NCBI GenBank assembly: GCA_044449445.1
Contig: JBIOIA010000001.1
Coordinates: 1-51,155 of the forward strand
DNA from: Gemmatimonadales bacterium
GTDB lineage: Bacteria > Gemmatimonadota > Gemmatimonadetes > Gemmatimonadales > JACORV01
DNA length: 51,155 nt
Direction: 5' to 3'
Part shown: positions 9,759 through 19,378 of the stretch, one piece after another
Layout of the letters: every line of letters starts with the position of its first letter
Numbering within the stretch: position 1 is the first letter of the stretch
Translations under genes and position numbers: made by a program
The notes under the pieces: generated by a model
Told to the model about the DNA's origin: nothing
Seen by the model: only the letters and a program-made list of their open reading frames with translations
Databases searched by the model: none

Positions 9759-11345
9759 ATGCCAAAGAGAAAGCCCTCCCGGTTCCGCCTCACCTACGCC
9801 ACCATGTTCGACCCGCCAGAGGCGCTGCACGCCAGCTTCGAACGGGCGCTCGCGGCCCTCAGGTCCGAGCTGGGGCGCGAGTATCCCATGATCATCGGCG
9901 GCGAGGAACGGCACGCCCTCGAGAAGTTCAAGAAGGTGAGCCCGATCAACCGGGACTGGCTGCTCGGCACCTTCCAGAAGGGCACCACGCTCGACGCCAA
10001 GGACGCGATCGCGGCCGCGCGCGCCGCGTTCCCTGCGTGGAGCGCCCTGCCCTGGAGAAAGCGCGTCGCCCACCTGAGAAAGGCGGCGGCCCTGATCGAG
10101 AAGCGCGTGTTCAGCTTCGCCGCGGCCGACGCCCTCGAAGTCGGCAAGAACCGGATGGAGGCGCTCGCCGACGTCCAGGAAACGGCCGACCTCATCAAGT
10201 TCTATTGCGATCAGGTCGAGCACCACGAGGGCTTCGAGCGCCCGATGCGCAAGGATCCGCTCAAGGGCTACACGGCGCAGAACCTCAGCGTCCTGCGCCC
10301 CTACGGCGTGTGGGTCGTGATCGCGCCGTTCAATTTCCCCGTCGCGCTCGCGGGCGGCCCGTCGGGCGCCGCGCTCGTGGCCGGGAACACCGTCGTCTTC
10401 AAGCCGGCCTCCGACACGCCGTGGACCGGTTACCTGCTCGCGAAGTGTTTCCTCGATGCGGGGCTCCCGACCGGCGTCTTCAACTACGTCACCGGGCCGG
10501 GGTCGACCGTCGGACAGGAGCTTCAGAGCAACGACGGCGTGGACGGTGTCACGTTCACCGGCTCGTACGACGTGGGGATGCAGATCTACCGGCATTTCGC
10601 CGCGGGACGCTCGCCGCGGCCCGCGATCGCCGAAATGGGCGGCAAGAACCCGGTCATCGTGTCGCGGCACGCGGACCTGGATCGCGCGGCGCTCGGCATC
10701 TTCCGCTCCGCGTTCGGGCTCCAGGGCCAGAAGTGCTCGGCCACCTCGCGCGTCTTCGTGGAGCAGCCGGTCAAGGCGAAGCTGGAGGCGAAACTCATCG
10801 AGCTGCTCGAGCAGACGGTGATCGGCGACCCGACGAACCGCGAGACGTACCTGGGGCCCGTCATCAACGAGAAGGCCGTGAAGGACTATGAGGCGTTCGT
10901 CGCCGAGCTGAAGGTCGCCGGGAAGATTCTCTACGGCGGCCGGCGCCTGAGCGATGGCCCGCTCGCCAAGGGCAGCTTCTGCGCGCCGACCCTGGCGAGC
11001 GACGTGCCCATGTATCACCGGCTGTGGAAGTACGAGATGTTCCTGCCGATCCTGATGATCTCGGGCGTGGCCTCGCTCGAGGACGCAATGACGCACGCCA
11101 ACGACGTGGACTACGGCCTCACGGCGGGCTTCTACGGCTCGCGCAAGGAAGCGGCGTGGTTCTTCGACCACATTCAGGCCGGCACGTGCTACGCCAACCG
11201 GCCGCAGGGCGCGACGACCGGCGCGTGGCCCGGTTTCCAGCCGTTCGGCGGGTGGAAGGGCAGCGGCTCGACGGGCAAGTCGGCCGGCGGTGCCTACTAC
11301 GTCCAGCAGTACCTGCGCGAGCAGAGCCGGACGCTCGTCAGCTGA
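9759..11345 (+). CDS. Aldehyde dehydrogenase family protein, probably 1-pyrroline-5-carboxylate (glutamate semialdehyde) dehydrogenase
   Basis: Track ORF, 528 aa. FNFP, VVFKPA, AEMGGKNP (catalytic Glu), GQKCSATSR (catalytic Cys). Length and N-terminal extension are typical of P5CDH. Confidence 0.75.
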   Translation: MPKRKPSRFRLTYATMFDPPEALHASFERALAALRSELGREYPMIIGGEERHALEKFKKVSPINRDWLLGTFQKGTTLDAKDAIAAARAAFPAWSALPWRKRVAHLRKAAALIEKRVFSFAAADALEVGKNRMEALADVQETADLIKFYCDQVEHHEGFERPMRKDPLKGYTAQNLSVLRPYGVWVVIAPFNFPVALAGGPSGAALVAGNTVVFKPASDTPWTGYLLAKCFLDAGLPTGVFNYVTGPGSTVGQELQSNDGVDGVTFTGSYDVGMQIYRHFAAGRSPRPAIAEMGGKNPVIVSRHADLDRAALGIFRSAFGLQGQKCSATSRVFVEQPVKAKLEAKLIELLEQTVIGDPTNRETYLGPVINEKAVKDYEAFVAELKVAGKILYGGRRLSDGPLAKGSFCAPTLASDVPMYHRLWKYEMFLPILMISGVASLEDAMTHANDVDYGLTAGFYGSRKEAAWFFDHIQAGTCYANRPQGATTGAWPGFQPFGGWKGSGSTGKSAGGAYYVQQYLREQSRTLVS

Positions 11346-11364
11346 ACGGGACGCAGACGCGCCG

Positions 11365-12129
11365 GTGAGCTGGCTCCTGCTCCACGACGGACCGGCCGCC
11401 GGCGCGTGGAACATGGCGCTGGACGAGGCGCTGCTCGAAGCCGCGAACGCCGGACAGTGCACGCTGCGGCTCTACGCGTGGGACCCGCCGGCGATCTCGT
11501 TCGGTCGCAACGAGCCTGCGCTGCGCCGGTACGACCGGGCCGCCATTCGCGCGCGCGGCCTGGACGCGGTGCGACGTCCCACCGGGGGGCGCGCCGTCTG
11601 GCACCATCGCGAGCTGACCTACAGCGTCGCCGCGCCCGCCGACACGTTCGGCACCCTCCAGGGCACCTACCACGAAATCCACGCCATGCTCGCCGTGGCG
11701 CTCGAGACGCTCGGCGCGCACGTGGCGCTCGCCGGCGCTCGGTCCATGACGCCGGTGGGCGCCGGCGCGTGCTTCGCGAGCCCCGCGGGCGGCGAAGTCG
11801 TGACCGAGACAGGCCTCAAACTGGTGGGGAGCGCCCAGGTGCGCTCCGGCGCCGCATTCCTTCAGCACGGCTCGCTGCTGCTCGCGGCGGAACAGGACGT
11901 GGTCGCCGGCGTGACGCTGGGCGAGGCGGCGGCGCCGGCGGCGGTGGGACTCGGCACGCTGATCGGGAGGGGCGCCACGTGGGCGGCGGTCGCCGCCGCA
12001 GTGTCCCTCGCGGCGGCTCGCCGGTGGAAGTCGCCCGAGCGCCCGGACACGCTGCCCCAATCGGTGCGAGACCGCGCCGAGTTGCTTCGCCCCCGCTACG
12101 AGGACGACGCGTGGACTTGGCGCCGCTGA
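11365..12129 (+). CDS. Lipoate-protein ligase A / octanoyltransferase LipM family protein (catalytic domain only)
   Basis: GTG at 11365 in track ORF 11290..12129. NMALDEALLE, LRLYAWDPPAISFGRNE, VRRPTGGRAVWHHRELTYS, KLVGSAQ (active-site Lys region). Confidence 0.75.
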   Translation: MSWLLLHDGPAAGAWNMALDEALLEAANAGQCTLRLYAWDPPAISFGRNEPALRRYDRAAIRARGLDAVRRPTGGRAVWHHRELTYSVAAPADTFGTLQGTYHEIHAMLAVALETLGAHVALAGARSMTPVGAGACFASPAGGEVVTETGLKLVGSAQVRSGAAFLQHGSLLLAAEQDVVAGVTLGEAAAPAAVGLGTLIGRGATWAAVAAAVSLAAARRWKSPERPDTLPQSVRDRAELLRPRYEDDAWTWRR

Positions 12130-12152
12130 ACGGCGGCACCTAGATTGGGCCC

Positions 12153-13772
12153 GTGACACGAAGATTGCTGCTCGGCGTCGGGCTGATCGCAACGTGCGGC
12201 CTCGCCTGCAGCCGCGAGCGGGCGGCCGAGCCGGTCTCGGCCGAGGGCGGCACCCTCGTCATCGCGGCCCCGGGCGACGCCGACCTGCTCCTCCCGCCCG
12301 TCGCCACCGAACAGCTCGCCTCGCACGTCACCGAGCGGATCTTCCCGCGCCTCGCCGAGATGAAGCTCGACCTCGTGACCGACGACGATTCCGGCTTCGT
12401 GCCCGTCATCGCGCGAAGCTGGGAGCGGCGCGATCCGACGACGATCGTCTTCCACCTCGATCCGCGCGCGCGCTGGCAGGACGGGCAGCGCATCACCGCG
12501 AGCGACGTCGTCTATACGTTCGGCGTTTACAGCGACCCGGCCACCAAGTCGCCGTACCGCGTGAACGTCGAGCCGATTGCCGACGTCCTGCGCGACGATT
12601 CGCTGACGGTCGTCTTCCGGTTCCGCCGGCCCTACCCCGAGCAGCTGTACGACGCCACGTACCAGATGAAGATCCTCCCGAGCCATTTGCTCGACTCGAT
12701 CCCGCACGCGCGACTGGCTTCCTCCGCCTTCGCGCTGCATCCGGTAGGCGCGGGGCCGTTCCGCTTCCTGGCCTGGGAGCACGGCGCACAGATCACGCTG
12801 ATCGCCGACACGACCTGGTTCCTGGGCCGGCCGCACCTTTCGCGCATCGTGTGGCGCGTCATGCCCGACGTGAGCGCCGCGGTCACGGCGCTGCTGGCCG
12901 GCGAGGCCGACGCGATGGAGGTCATTCCCCAGCGCGACGAGATCGAGCGGGCGAAGCAGTCGGCCGACATCACGCTGGTGCCGTACCCCTCGCCGTTCCT
13001 GGGCGGGCTCCTGTTCAACAGCCAGCGCCCGATGTTCGCCGATCGCGATGTCCGGCGCGCGCTCGCCATGGCGATCGACCGCGCGACCATCGTGCAGTCG
13101 GTGTTCGGTCCCTACGGCGAGGTGCCGGCGGGCGCGGTGAGCCCGATGATGTGGGTCGCGCACGGCGACATCCGCCAGCTGCCGTTCGACACGGCGGCGG
13201 CCGCGCGGCTGCTCGACGGCAGGGGCTGGCGCCTGGGCGCGGACCACGTGCGCCACCGCGGCGGCCAGACCCTCGCGTTCATCCTCATCACGCCGACCAC
13301 CAGCCGCGCGCGGCAGGAGGTCGCGGTCCTGTTGCAGGATCAGCTCAAGCGCATCGGTGTTGCGGTGACGATCCAGCCGCTCGAGATCACCGAGTTCCGC
13401 CGCCGCGAGCACGCGGGGGAATACGAGGCGGAGATGTTCAGCCGGACGCTCGATCCGAGCCCGTCGAACCTGCTCCAGTTCTGGGGGCACGTCGCGAGCA
13501 GCGACAACACGTCGGGCTACCGCAGCGCGGCGTTCGACTCGCTGTACGCGTCCGCGGTGAAGGCGCCGAGCCACGCCGAGGCGCTGCCGCGCTGGCGCCG
13601 CGTGCTCGAGCAGCTGAACGACGACGCCCCCGCCGTATTCCTGTTCTCGCCGAAGAATCAGGCCGCGATTCACCGCCGCTTCGATCACGTCAGCATCCGT
13701 CCCGACAGCTGGCTCGCGACGGTGGCGACCTGGAGCATCGCTCCGGACAAGCGCCTGCCGCGCGATCGCTGA
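12153..13772 (+). CDS. Peptide/nickel ABC transporter substrate-binding lipoprotein (family 5)
   Basis: Track ORF, 539 aa, GTG start. Lipobox-like LIATCGLAC signal. First gene of a 5-gene Dpp/Opp-type operon. Confidence 0.8.
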   Translation: MTRRLLLGVGLIATCGLACSRERAAEPVSAEGGTLVIAAPGDADLLLPPVATEQLASHVTERIFPRLAEMKLDLVTDDDSGFVPVIARSWERRDPTTIVFHLDPRARWQDGQRITASDVVYTFGVYSDPATKSPYRVNVEPIADVLRDDSLTVVFRFRRPYPEQLYDATYQMKILPSHLLDSIPHARLASSAFALHPVGAGPFRFLAWEHGAQITLIADTTWFLGRPHLSRIVWRVMPDVSAAVTALLAGEADAMEVIPQRDEIERAKQSADITLVPYPSPFLGGLLFNSQRPMFADRDVRRALAMAIDRATIVQSVFGPYGEVPAGAVSPMMWVAHGDIRQLPFDTAAAARLLDGRGWRLGADHVRHRGGQTLAFILITPTTSRARQEVAVLLQDQLKRIGVAVTIQPLEITEFRRREHAGEYEAEMFSRTLDPSPSNLLQFWGHVASSDNTSGYRSAAFDSLYASAVKAPSHAEALPRWRRVLEQLNDDAPAVFLFSPKNQAAIHRRFDHVSIRPDSWLATVATWSIAPDKRLPRDR

Positions 13773-13775
13773 GCC

Positions 13776-14744
13776 GTGGGCGCCTTCGCGCTCCGCCGCC
13801 TCGGCGCAGCAGCTCTCACCGTCTTTCTCGTCGTCACGTTCACGTTTTTCCTGGCGCATCTCGCGCCGGGAGAGCCGATGCTCGGCGACGCCGAGCGACT
13901 GCACGGCGACCCCGAGCGCATTGCGCGCGTGCGCGCGGAGTTCGGGCTCGACCGCCCGCTGCCCGTGCAATACACGATGTACCTGGCCAACGCCGTGCGC
14001 GGGAACCTGGGCGAGTCGTTCGCGATGCGGCGCTCCGTGGGCGCGGTGCTCGCCGAGCGGCTGCCGCGCACCGCGCTCGTAGCCGGCGCGGCGCTGCTGC
14101 TGGGCTTCGCGCTGGGCATCGGCATCGCCCTGCTCCAGGCCGCGCGCGCAGGCTCGTGGACCGACGGCGCGCTCGGCGCGCTCGCGCTCGTCTTCTATTC
14201 CACCCCGACGTTCTGGCTGGGGCTCGTGCTGCTGGTCGTGGGCGGCCAGTGGCTCGGCTGGTTTCCCGTGGGCGGCATGACGACGCCGGTAGAGCACGAG
14301 CAGATGGGGATGCTGGGGCGGATGTTCGACGTCGCCCGCCACCTGGTGCTGCCCGCGCTCACGCTCGGCCTCGTGCAGACCGCGGAGATCGCGCGCTACC
14401 AGCGCGGCGCGCTCGTCGATGCGTTAGGCGCGCCGTTCGTGCGCACCGCGCGCGCCAAGGGATTGCGCGAGGGCGCCGTCCTGATGCGCCACGCGCTGCG
14501 CAGCGCGCTGGCGCCGGTCGTGGTGCTGGCCGGCATGTCGGTGCCGGCGCTCCTCGCCGGCTCGGTGCTGGTGGAAACGGTGTTCGGCTGGCCCGGCCTC
14601 GGCCGCCTGACGCACGACGCGATCGTCGCGCGGGACTACAACGTCATGCTCGGCGCCGCGATGCTCTCCGGCGCGCTCGTCGCGCTCGGCAACCTCGCCG
14701 CCGACCTCGCCGTGCACGCGCTCGATCCGGTGGTGCGGCGATGA
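13776..14744 (+). CDS. Peptide ABC transporter permease (DppB/OppB-like)
   Basis: Track ORF, 322 aa. Multiple TM segments. FVRTARAKGL (EAA-loop region typical of DppB/OppB). Confidence 0.85.
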   Translation: MGAFALRRLGAAALTVFLVVTFTFFLAHLAPGEPMLGDAERLHGDPERIARVRAEFGLDRPLPVQYTMYLANAVRGNLGESFAMRRSVGAVLAERLPRTALVAGAALLLGFALGIGIALLQAARAGSWTDGALGALALVFYSTPTFWLGLVLLVVGGQWLGWFPVGGMTTPVEHEQMGMLGRMFDVARHLVLPALTLGLVQTAEIARYQRGALVDALGAPFVRTARAKGLREGAVLMRHALRSALAPVVVLAGMSVPALLAGSVLVETVFGWPGLGRLTHDAIVARDYNVMLGAAMLSGALVALGNLAADLAVHALDPVVRR

Positions 14745-15606
14745 CCGCGCGAAACAGGAGCCAGCGGCCCTGGACGCGCGCGCTCGGCCGACTGCGCGCC
14801 AACCGCGGCGCTGCGGCCGGAAGCCTCGCCGCCCTGCTGCTGCTTGTCGTCGCCGTGCTGGCGCCGCTGCTCGCACCGCACGATCCGCTCGCGATGCCCG
14901 ATCCCGTCGGCCTGCGCGCCGCGGCGCCTTCGCTGCATTACCTGCTCGGCACCGACGCCTTCAGCCGCGACGTGTTCTCGCGCCTCCTGTTCGGCGCGCG
15001 CGTCTCGCTCACCGTCGGCATCGCGTCGGCGGGGCTGGCCGTGCTCATCGGGGGCGCCGTCGGATTCGCCGCGGGTCTTGGCCCCCGCCCGCTCGATGCC
15101 GCGCTGATGCGCGGCGTGGACGTCCTGCTCGCCCTGCCGCGCGTGTTCATCCTGCTCGCGGTACTGGCGCTGTGGGAATCGGCGCCGCTCTGGGCGATGA
15201 TCGCGCTGATCGCCGCGACCGGATGGTTCTCGACCAGCCGCCTGGTGCGCGCGCACGTGCGCGCGCTGAGGGGCGCGGACTGGGCCGCCGCGACCGTGGC
15301 GCTGGGCGGCGGCCGCCGCCGGCTGGCACGCCATCTCTTGCCCCACGTCGCCGCGACCATCATCGTCAGCGCGACGCTCGATGTCGGCAACATCATCCTG
15401 CTCGAGGCCGGACTCTCGTTCCTCGGCCTCGGCCTCAAGCCGCCCACGCCACCTGGGGCAACATGATCCTCGAAGGCCGCGACCTGCTCTTCACCGCGCC
15501 GTGGGTCGCGCTCGCACCCGGATTCGCGCTCACCCTCACCGTGATCGCGTTCAATCTCGTGGGCGACGGCATGCGCGACGCGCTCGATCCCCGGCGGGGG
15601 ACATGA
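14741..15606 (+). pseudogene. Peptide ABC transporter permease (DppC/OppC-like) interrupted by a 1-nt frameshift near 15448-15453
   Basis: ATG at 14741 (ATGA overlap). Frame 1 reads ..LEAGLSFLGLGLKPPTPPGAT* and stops at 15466. The conserved C-terminus WGNMILEGRDLLFTAPWVALAPGFALTLTVIAFNLVGDGMRDALDPRRG continues in another frame (track ORF 15172..15606). One missing base in CGCC-ACC would restore PPTP(x)WGNM. Confidence 0.8.
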
Positions 15607-16591
15607 AACCGCCACTGCTGCAGATCAAGGACCTGCGCATCACGTTCCGGACCGACGCCGGCTTCGCGCGGGCGGTGGACGGGCTCGACCTCACGGTCGG
15701 TGCGGGCGAAACGGTCGCGCTGGTGGGCGATCAGGCTGCGGCAAGAGCGTCACGGCGCTCGCCGTGCTGCGGCTCGTGGAGCCCGACGGCAGCGTCGGCC
15801 TGGAGAGCACCGTCCGCCTCGAGGGCCGCAACCTGCTCGCGCTCCCGATGTCCGAGCTGCGCGCCGTTCGCGGCAACCACGTGGCGATCGTGTTCCAGGA
15901 ACCGGCGAGTGCGCTCAACCCGGTGCTCACGATCGGCGACCAGATCGCGGAGGCCGTGACGACGCACGAGAAGGTGTCGAAGGCCGAGGCGTGGCGGCGT
16001 GCCGTGGAGATGCTGAAGGCCGTCGGCATACCCGACGCGGACACCCGCGCCAAGGGCTACCCGCACCAGCTCTCGGGCGGGATGCGGCAGCGGGTGCTGA
16101 TCGCGATGGCGCTGGTGTGCCGGCCTCGGCTGCTGATCGCCGACGAGCCGACGACCGCACTCGACGTCACGATCCAGGCCGAGATCCTCGAGCTGTTGAC
16201 GGACCTCCAGCGCCGCCTCGGCATGGCCGTGCTGCTGATCACGCACAACCTCGGCATCGTCGCCGGGACCTGCGAGCGCGTCTACGTCATGTACGCCGGA
16301 CAGATCGTGGAAGAGGCGAGGGTCGCGGACCTGTTCGACCGGCCGGCCCACCCCTATACCGAAGGTCTGATGGCCGCGGTGCCGCGGCTCGACGAGCAGA
16401 AGGAGCGGCTCGCCTCCATTCCCGGCCAGGTGCCGCCGGCGACCAGCTGGCCTGCCGGGTGCCGCTTCCATCCACGCTGCCCGTTCGCGTGGGACAAGTG
16501 CCGCACCGAGACCCCGCCGTTGCTGGACGCAGGCGTCGAGCGTCGGGCGCGGTGCTGGCTGGTCGCGGAGCCCCACAGGCGCACACGATGA
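15603..16591 (+). pseudogene. Peptide ABC transporter ATPase (DppD/OppD-like) interrupted by a 1-nt frameshift inside the Walker A codons (about 15729-15731)
   Basis: ATG at 15603 (ATGA overlap) gives [24 protein letters not shown], then nonsense. The shifted frame reads [41 protein letters not shown] (track ORF 15764..16591). GGC-GA-TCA-GGC lacks one base of the expected GAR Glu codon of GESGCGKS. Confidence 0.8.
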
Positions 16592-17559
16592 GCGCGCTGC
16601 TCGACGTTCGAGACCTCGTGGTCCACTTCACCCATCGCGCCGGACTGCTCGGCGCGCGCGACACCGTACAGGCCGTGAACGGCGTCTCGCTCACGGTCGC
16701 GAAGGGCGAAACGTTAGGCCTGGTCGGGGAGTCGGGCTGCGGCAAGACGACGCTCGCGCGCGCCGTGCTGCGCCTGATCGAGCCGACGGCGGGCCGCGTG
16801 ACGTTCGACGGGCAGGACGTGCTCGCGCTCCCCGCGCGGCCGCTGCGAGCGCTGCGCAGGCGAATGCAGATCGTGTTCCAGGATCCGTACAGCTCGCTCA
16901 ATCCGCGGATGACCGTCGGCGCGGCGGTGCGCGAGGGCCTCGAGATCCACAAGCTCGCCCGCGGCGCCGACGCCGATCGGCGGGTCGCCGAGCTGCTCGA
17001 AGAGGTCGGGCTTTCGGCCGATGCGGCGGTGCAGTACCCGCACGCGTTCTCGGGCGGGCAGCGGCAGCGCATCGCGCTGGCCCGCGCGCTCGCGGTCGGC
17101 CCCGACCTGCTGGTGTGCGACGAGCCGGTCTCCGCACTCGACGTGAGCGTGCAGGCCCAGGTTCTGAACCTGCTCGCCGATCTCCAGTCGCGCCGCGGGC
17201 TGGCGCTGCTGTTCGTGAGCCACGATCTGGCGGTCGTGCGCCACATCGCGCCGCGCGTCGCCGTGATGTACGTCGGCCGGATCGTGGAGGAGGGACCGGC
17301 GGACGCCATCTTCTCCGCCCCGAAGCACCCCTACACGCAGGCCCTGCTCTCGGCCGTGCCAGTGCCGGACCCGAAGGCGGAGCGCCGGCGCATCGTGCTC
17401 GAGGGGGAACCCCCCTCGCCCGTCCATCCGCCGCCGGGCTGCCCGTTCCACCCCCGCTGCCAGCATCCCGCCAAGGACGATGCGTGCCGCACGGTCCGGC
17501 CTGAGCTCATGACGCTGGGTCCGGGACACATGGCGGCGTGTCACAAGGCAACCGCCTAA
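16588..17559 (+). CDS. Peptide ABC transporter ATPase (DppF/OppF-like)
   Basis: ATG at 16588 (ATGA overlap) in track ORF 15700..17559. [12 protein letters not shown] (Walker A), [28 protein letters not shown]-terminal oligopeptide domain [11 protein letters not shown]. Confidence 0.9.
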   Translation: MSALLDVRDLVVHFTHRAGLLGARDTVQAVNGVSLTVAKGETLGLVGESGCGKTTLARAVLRLIEPTAGRVTFDGQDVLALPARPLRALRRRMQIVFQDPYSSLNPRMTVGAAVREGLEIHKLARGADADRRVAELLEEVGLSADAAVQYPHAFSGGQRQRIALARALAVGPDLLVCDEPVSALDVSVQAQVLNLLADLQSRRGLALLFVSHDLAVVRHIAPRVAVMYVGRIVEEGPADAIFSAPKHPYTQALLSAVPVPDPKAERRRIVLEGEPPSPVHPPPGCPFHPRCQHPAKDDACRTVRPELMTLGPGHMAACHKATA

Positions 17560-18107
17560 CGTTCCTTCGCGTAACCGGCGATCCGCCGGGTCTCGCTGAG
17601 CCCCAGCAGCACGCTCAGCCCCAGCGCGATCCAGCCGACAAATTTCACAAGGTGCCCGAGCGCGACGTCGCTGTTGAGCAGGTGCATCCGCTCGAGCAGG
17701 TAGTTCCAGTCGTGCACACCGCCCTCGGGGCTGAACGACACGAGATCGAGCGACTCGGCGCGCGCGTCGGCCACGTAGATGCCGAGCTGGCCCAGGCTGA
17801 CGGCGAGCCAGCACCCGATCACCGCGACCGCGTACCGGTTCTTCTGCTTGTGGAACAGGGCCATCACGGCGATGGGCAGCGCGACCTGGGCGATGCTCCC
17901 GCCCGCGACCGTGAGGAATTCTCCCAGCGGCGCGAACACCAGGTGGCCCAGCTCGTGGACGCCGAAGATCACGCCGCCGAACACGCTGAATTCGAAATCG
18001 TGGGAGCGCAGCTGGCGCGCCGCCTCCCACGTGAAGAACGCGAGCAACGCCAGGCGGACCGCCGCGCCGCCGAGCGACGGCTTCGGCGCTTCCGGGGCGG
18101 CGGTCAC
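17556..18107 (-). CDS. Small polytopic membrane protein with HELGH (HExxH) motif; putative membrane-embedded zinc metalloprotease
   Basis: C-terminal 183 codons of track ORF 17556..19346. GTG at 18107 forms a GTGA overlap with the POT gene stop. [18 protein letters not shown] plus 4-5 hydrophobic segments. Confidence 0.6.
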   Translation of the reverse strand: MTAAPEAPKPSLGGAAVRLALLAFFTWEAARQLRSHDFEFSVFGGVIFGVHELGHLVFAPLGEFLTVAGGSIAQVALPIAVMALFHKQKNRYAVAVIGCWLAVSLGQLGIYVADARAESLDLVSFSPEGGVHDWNYLLERMHLLNSDVALGHLVKFVGWIALGLSVLLGLSETRRIAGYAKER

Positions 18108-19363
18108 GCCGTCTTGGGCCTCAGGAGCTTGTCGTACGCCACCATCAGCGCGGTCGTCAGCAGCCCCACGCCGGTGACCACCACCCACATCTGGGTCGGA
18201 TGGTGTGCCTCCTCGCCGAAGTGGTGGACCAGCCAGCCGCCGAGCGTGCCCGCGATGAAGTAGCCGATCGCAACGGGCACGAACGAGAAGCCCATGAACA
18301 GTCCCTGCTGGCCCGGGGGAGCGAGCCGCGAGCAGTACTCGTACAGCCGCGGCGATGCCGTGATCTCGCCCAGGGCGAACACGAACAGCGTGACAGCCGC
18401 CATCGGCACGCTCGCGAAGGCGGCGAGGATGAGCCAGGCCAGCGAAGAGATCAGCACGCCGGCGGTCATCCCCGCGAACAGCGGCACGCGCCGGATCAGG
18501 ACGTTCACGGCGAACGTGAACAGGATCACCGTCGCCGGATCCACCGAGAGCAGGAGGTCGGTGTTGGCCTTCGGGTCCACGTAGCCCCGGAGGAACAGCG
18601 GCAGCGCGACGTACTGCTGCCACAGCATCACGTAGAACCCCGAGAAGATCAGGAGGAACGCCATGAACCGGAAGTTGCCGAGCACCACGACGAGGTTCTT
18701 GAGCGATTGCGCGACGGTCGTGACCTGGCCCGTCTCGCGCTCCGGCTCGTGGTAGAAGGCGAGCGTGAACAGGAACATCGCCAGTGTGACGACGGCGCTC
18801 ACCCGGAATACGTTCTCGACGCCCAGCGTGGTCCGCACCCGGAACGCCACGATCGGCCCGAGCGTGCCGCCGATGTTCACGATCGTGTAGTAGATGGAAT
18901 AGCCGAGGCTGCGCACGTTCTCCTTGGCCGCGCGCGCCGTCGTGCCGACGACCACCGGCTTCACGACGGCCGGACCCAGGGCCGGCACCATCACGACCAG
19001 CAGCACCAGCCAGTACAGCGGCACCGCCTGGCGCAGCGGGGCCATGAAGTCGGCCGCGAGCGAGCCCAGGAGGAAGTACCCGACGGTCAGGACCAGGTAG
19101 GCGCCGGCCAGGGTGCGCCGGAAGCCGTAGCGATCGGCGAGCGCGCCGCCGATGATGGGCAGGAACCACACGACCAGCCCGTAGAACCCGATGAGCTGGC
19201 CCGCCTGCACGGCGGTGAAATGCAGCCCCTCGGTGAGGTAGACCGCGAGCACCGACTGCGGCCCGTAGTACGCGAGCCGTTCGAACAGCTCGGTCGTGTT
19301 CGCGATCCAGAACGGGCGCTGGAACCCGCTGCGGATCTCGCCCCATCGCTCCGCTACGCTCAC
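18104..19363 (-). CDS. Proton-dependent oligopeptide transporter (POT/PTR2, MFS)
   Basis: Track ORF, 419 aa, GTG start preceded by GGGAGG. FWIANTTELFERLAYYGPQSVLAVYL and GGALADRYGFRRT are PTR2-type signatures. About 12 TM segments. Confidence 0.8.
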   Translation of the reverse strand: MSVAERWGEIRSGFQRPFWIANTTELFERLAYYGPQSVLAVYLTEGLHFTAVQAGQLIGFYGLVVWFLPIIGGALADRYGFRRTLAGAYLVLTVGYFLLGSLAADFMAPLRQAVPLYWLVLLVVMVPALGPAVVKPVVVGTTARAAKENVRSLGYSIYYTIVNIGGTLGPIVAFRVRTTLGVENVFRVSAVVTLAMFLFTLAFYHEPERETGQVTTVAQSLKNLVVVLGNFRFMAFLLIFSGFYVMLWQQYVALPLFLRGYVDPKANTDLLLSVDPATVILFTFAVNVLIRRVPLFAGMTAGVLISSLAWLILAAFASVPMAAVTLFVFALGEITASPRLYEYCSRLAPPGQQGLFMGFSFVPVAIGYFIAGTLGGWLVHHFGEEAHHPTQMWVVVTGVGLLTTALMVAYDKLLRPKTA

Positions 19364-19378
19364 CGTGCCTCCCTAGTC

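Noticed and set aside
15440-15740. Programmed ribosomal frameshifting as an explanation for the two broken ABC genes.
   Set aside because: There is no slippery X-XXY-YYZ heptamer or obvious stimulatory structure at either site. One break lies inside the essential Walker A motif. Homopolymer loss, whether by mutation or sequencing error, is the simpler explanation.
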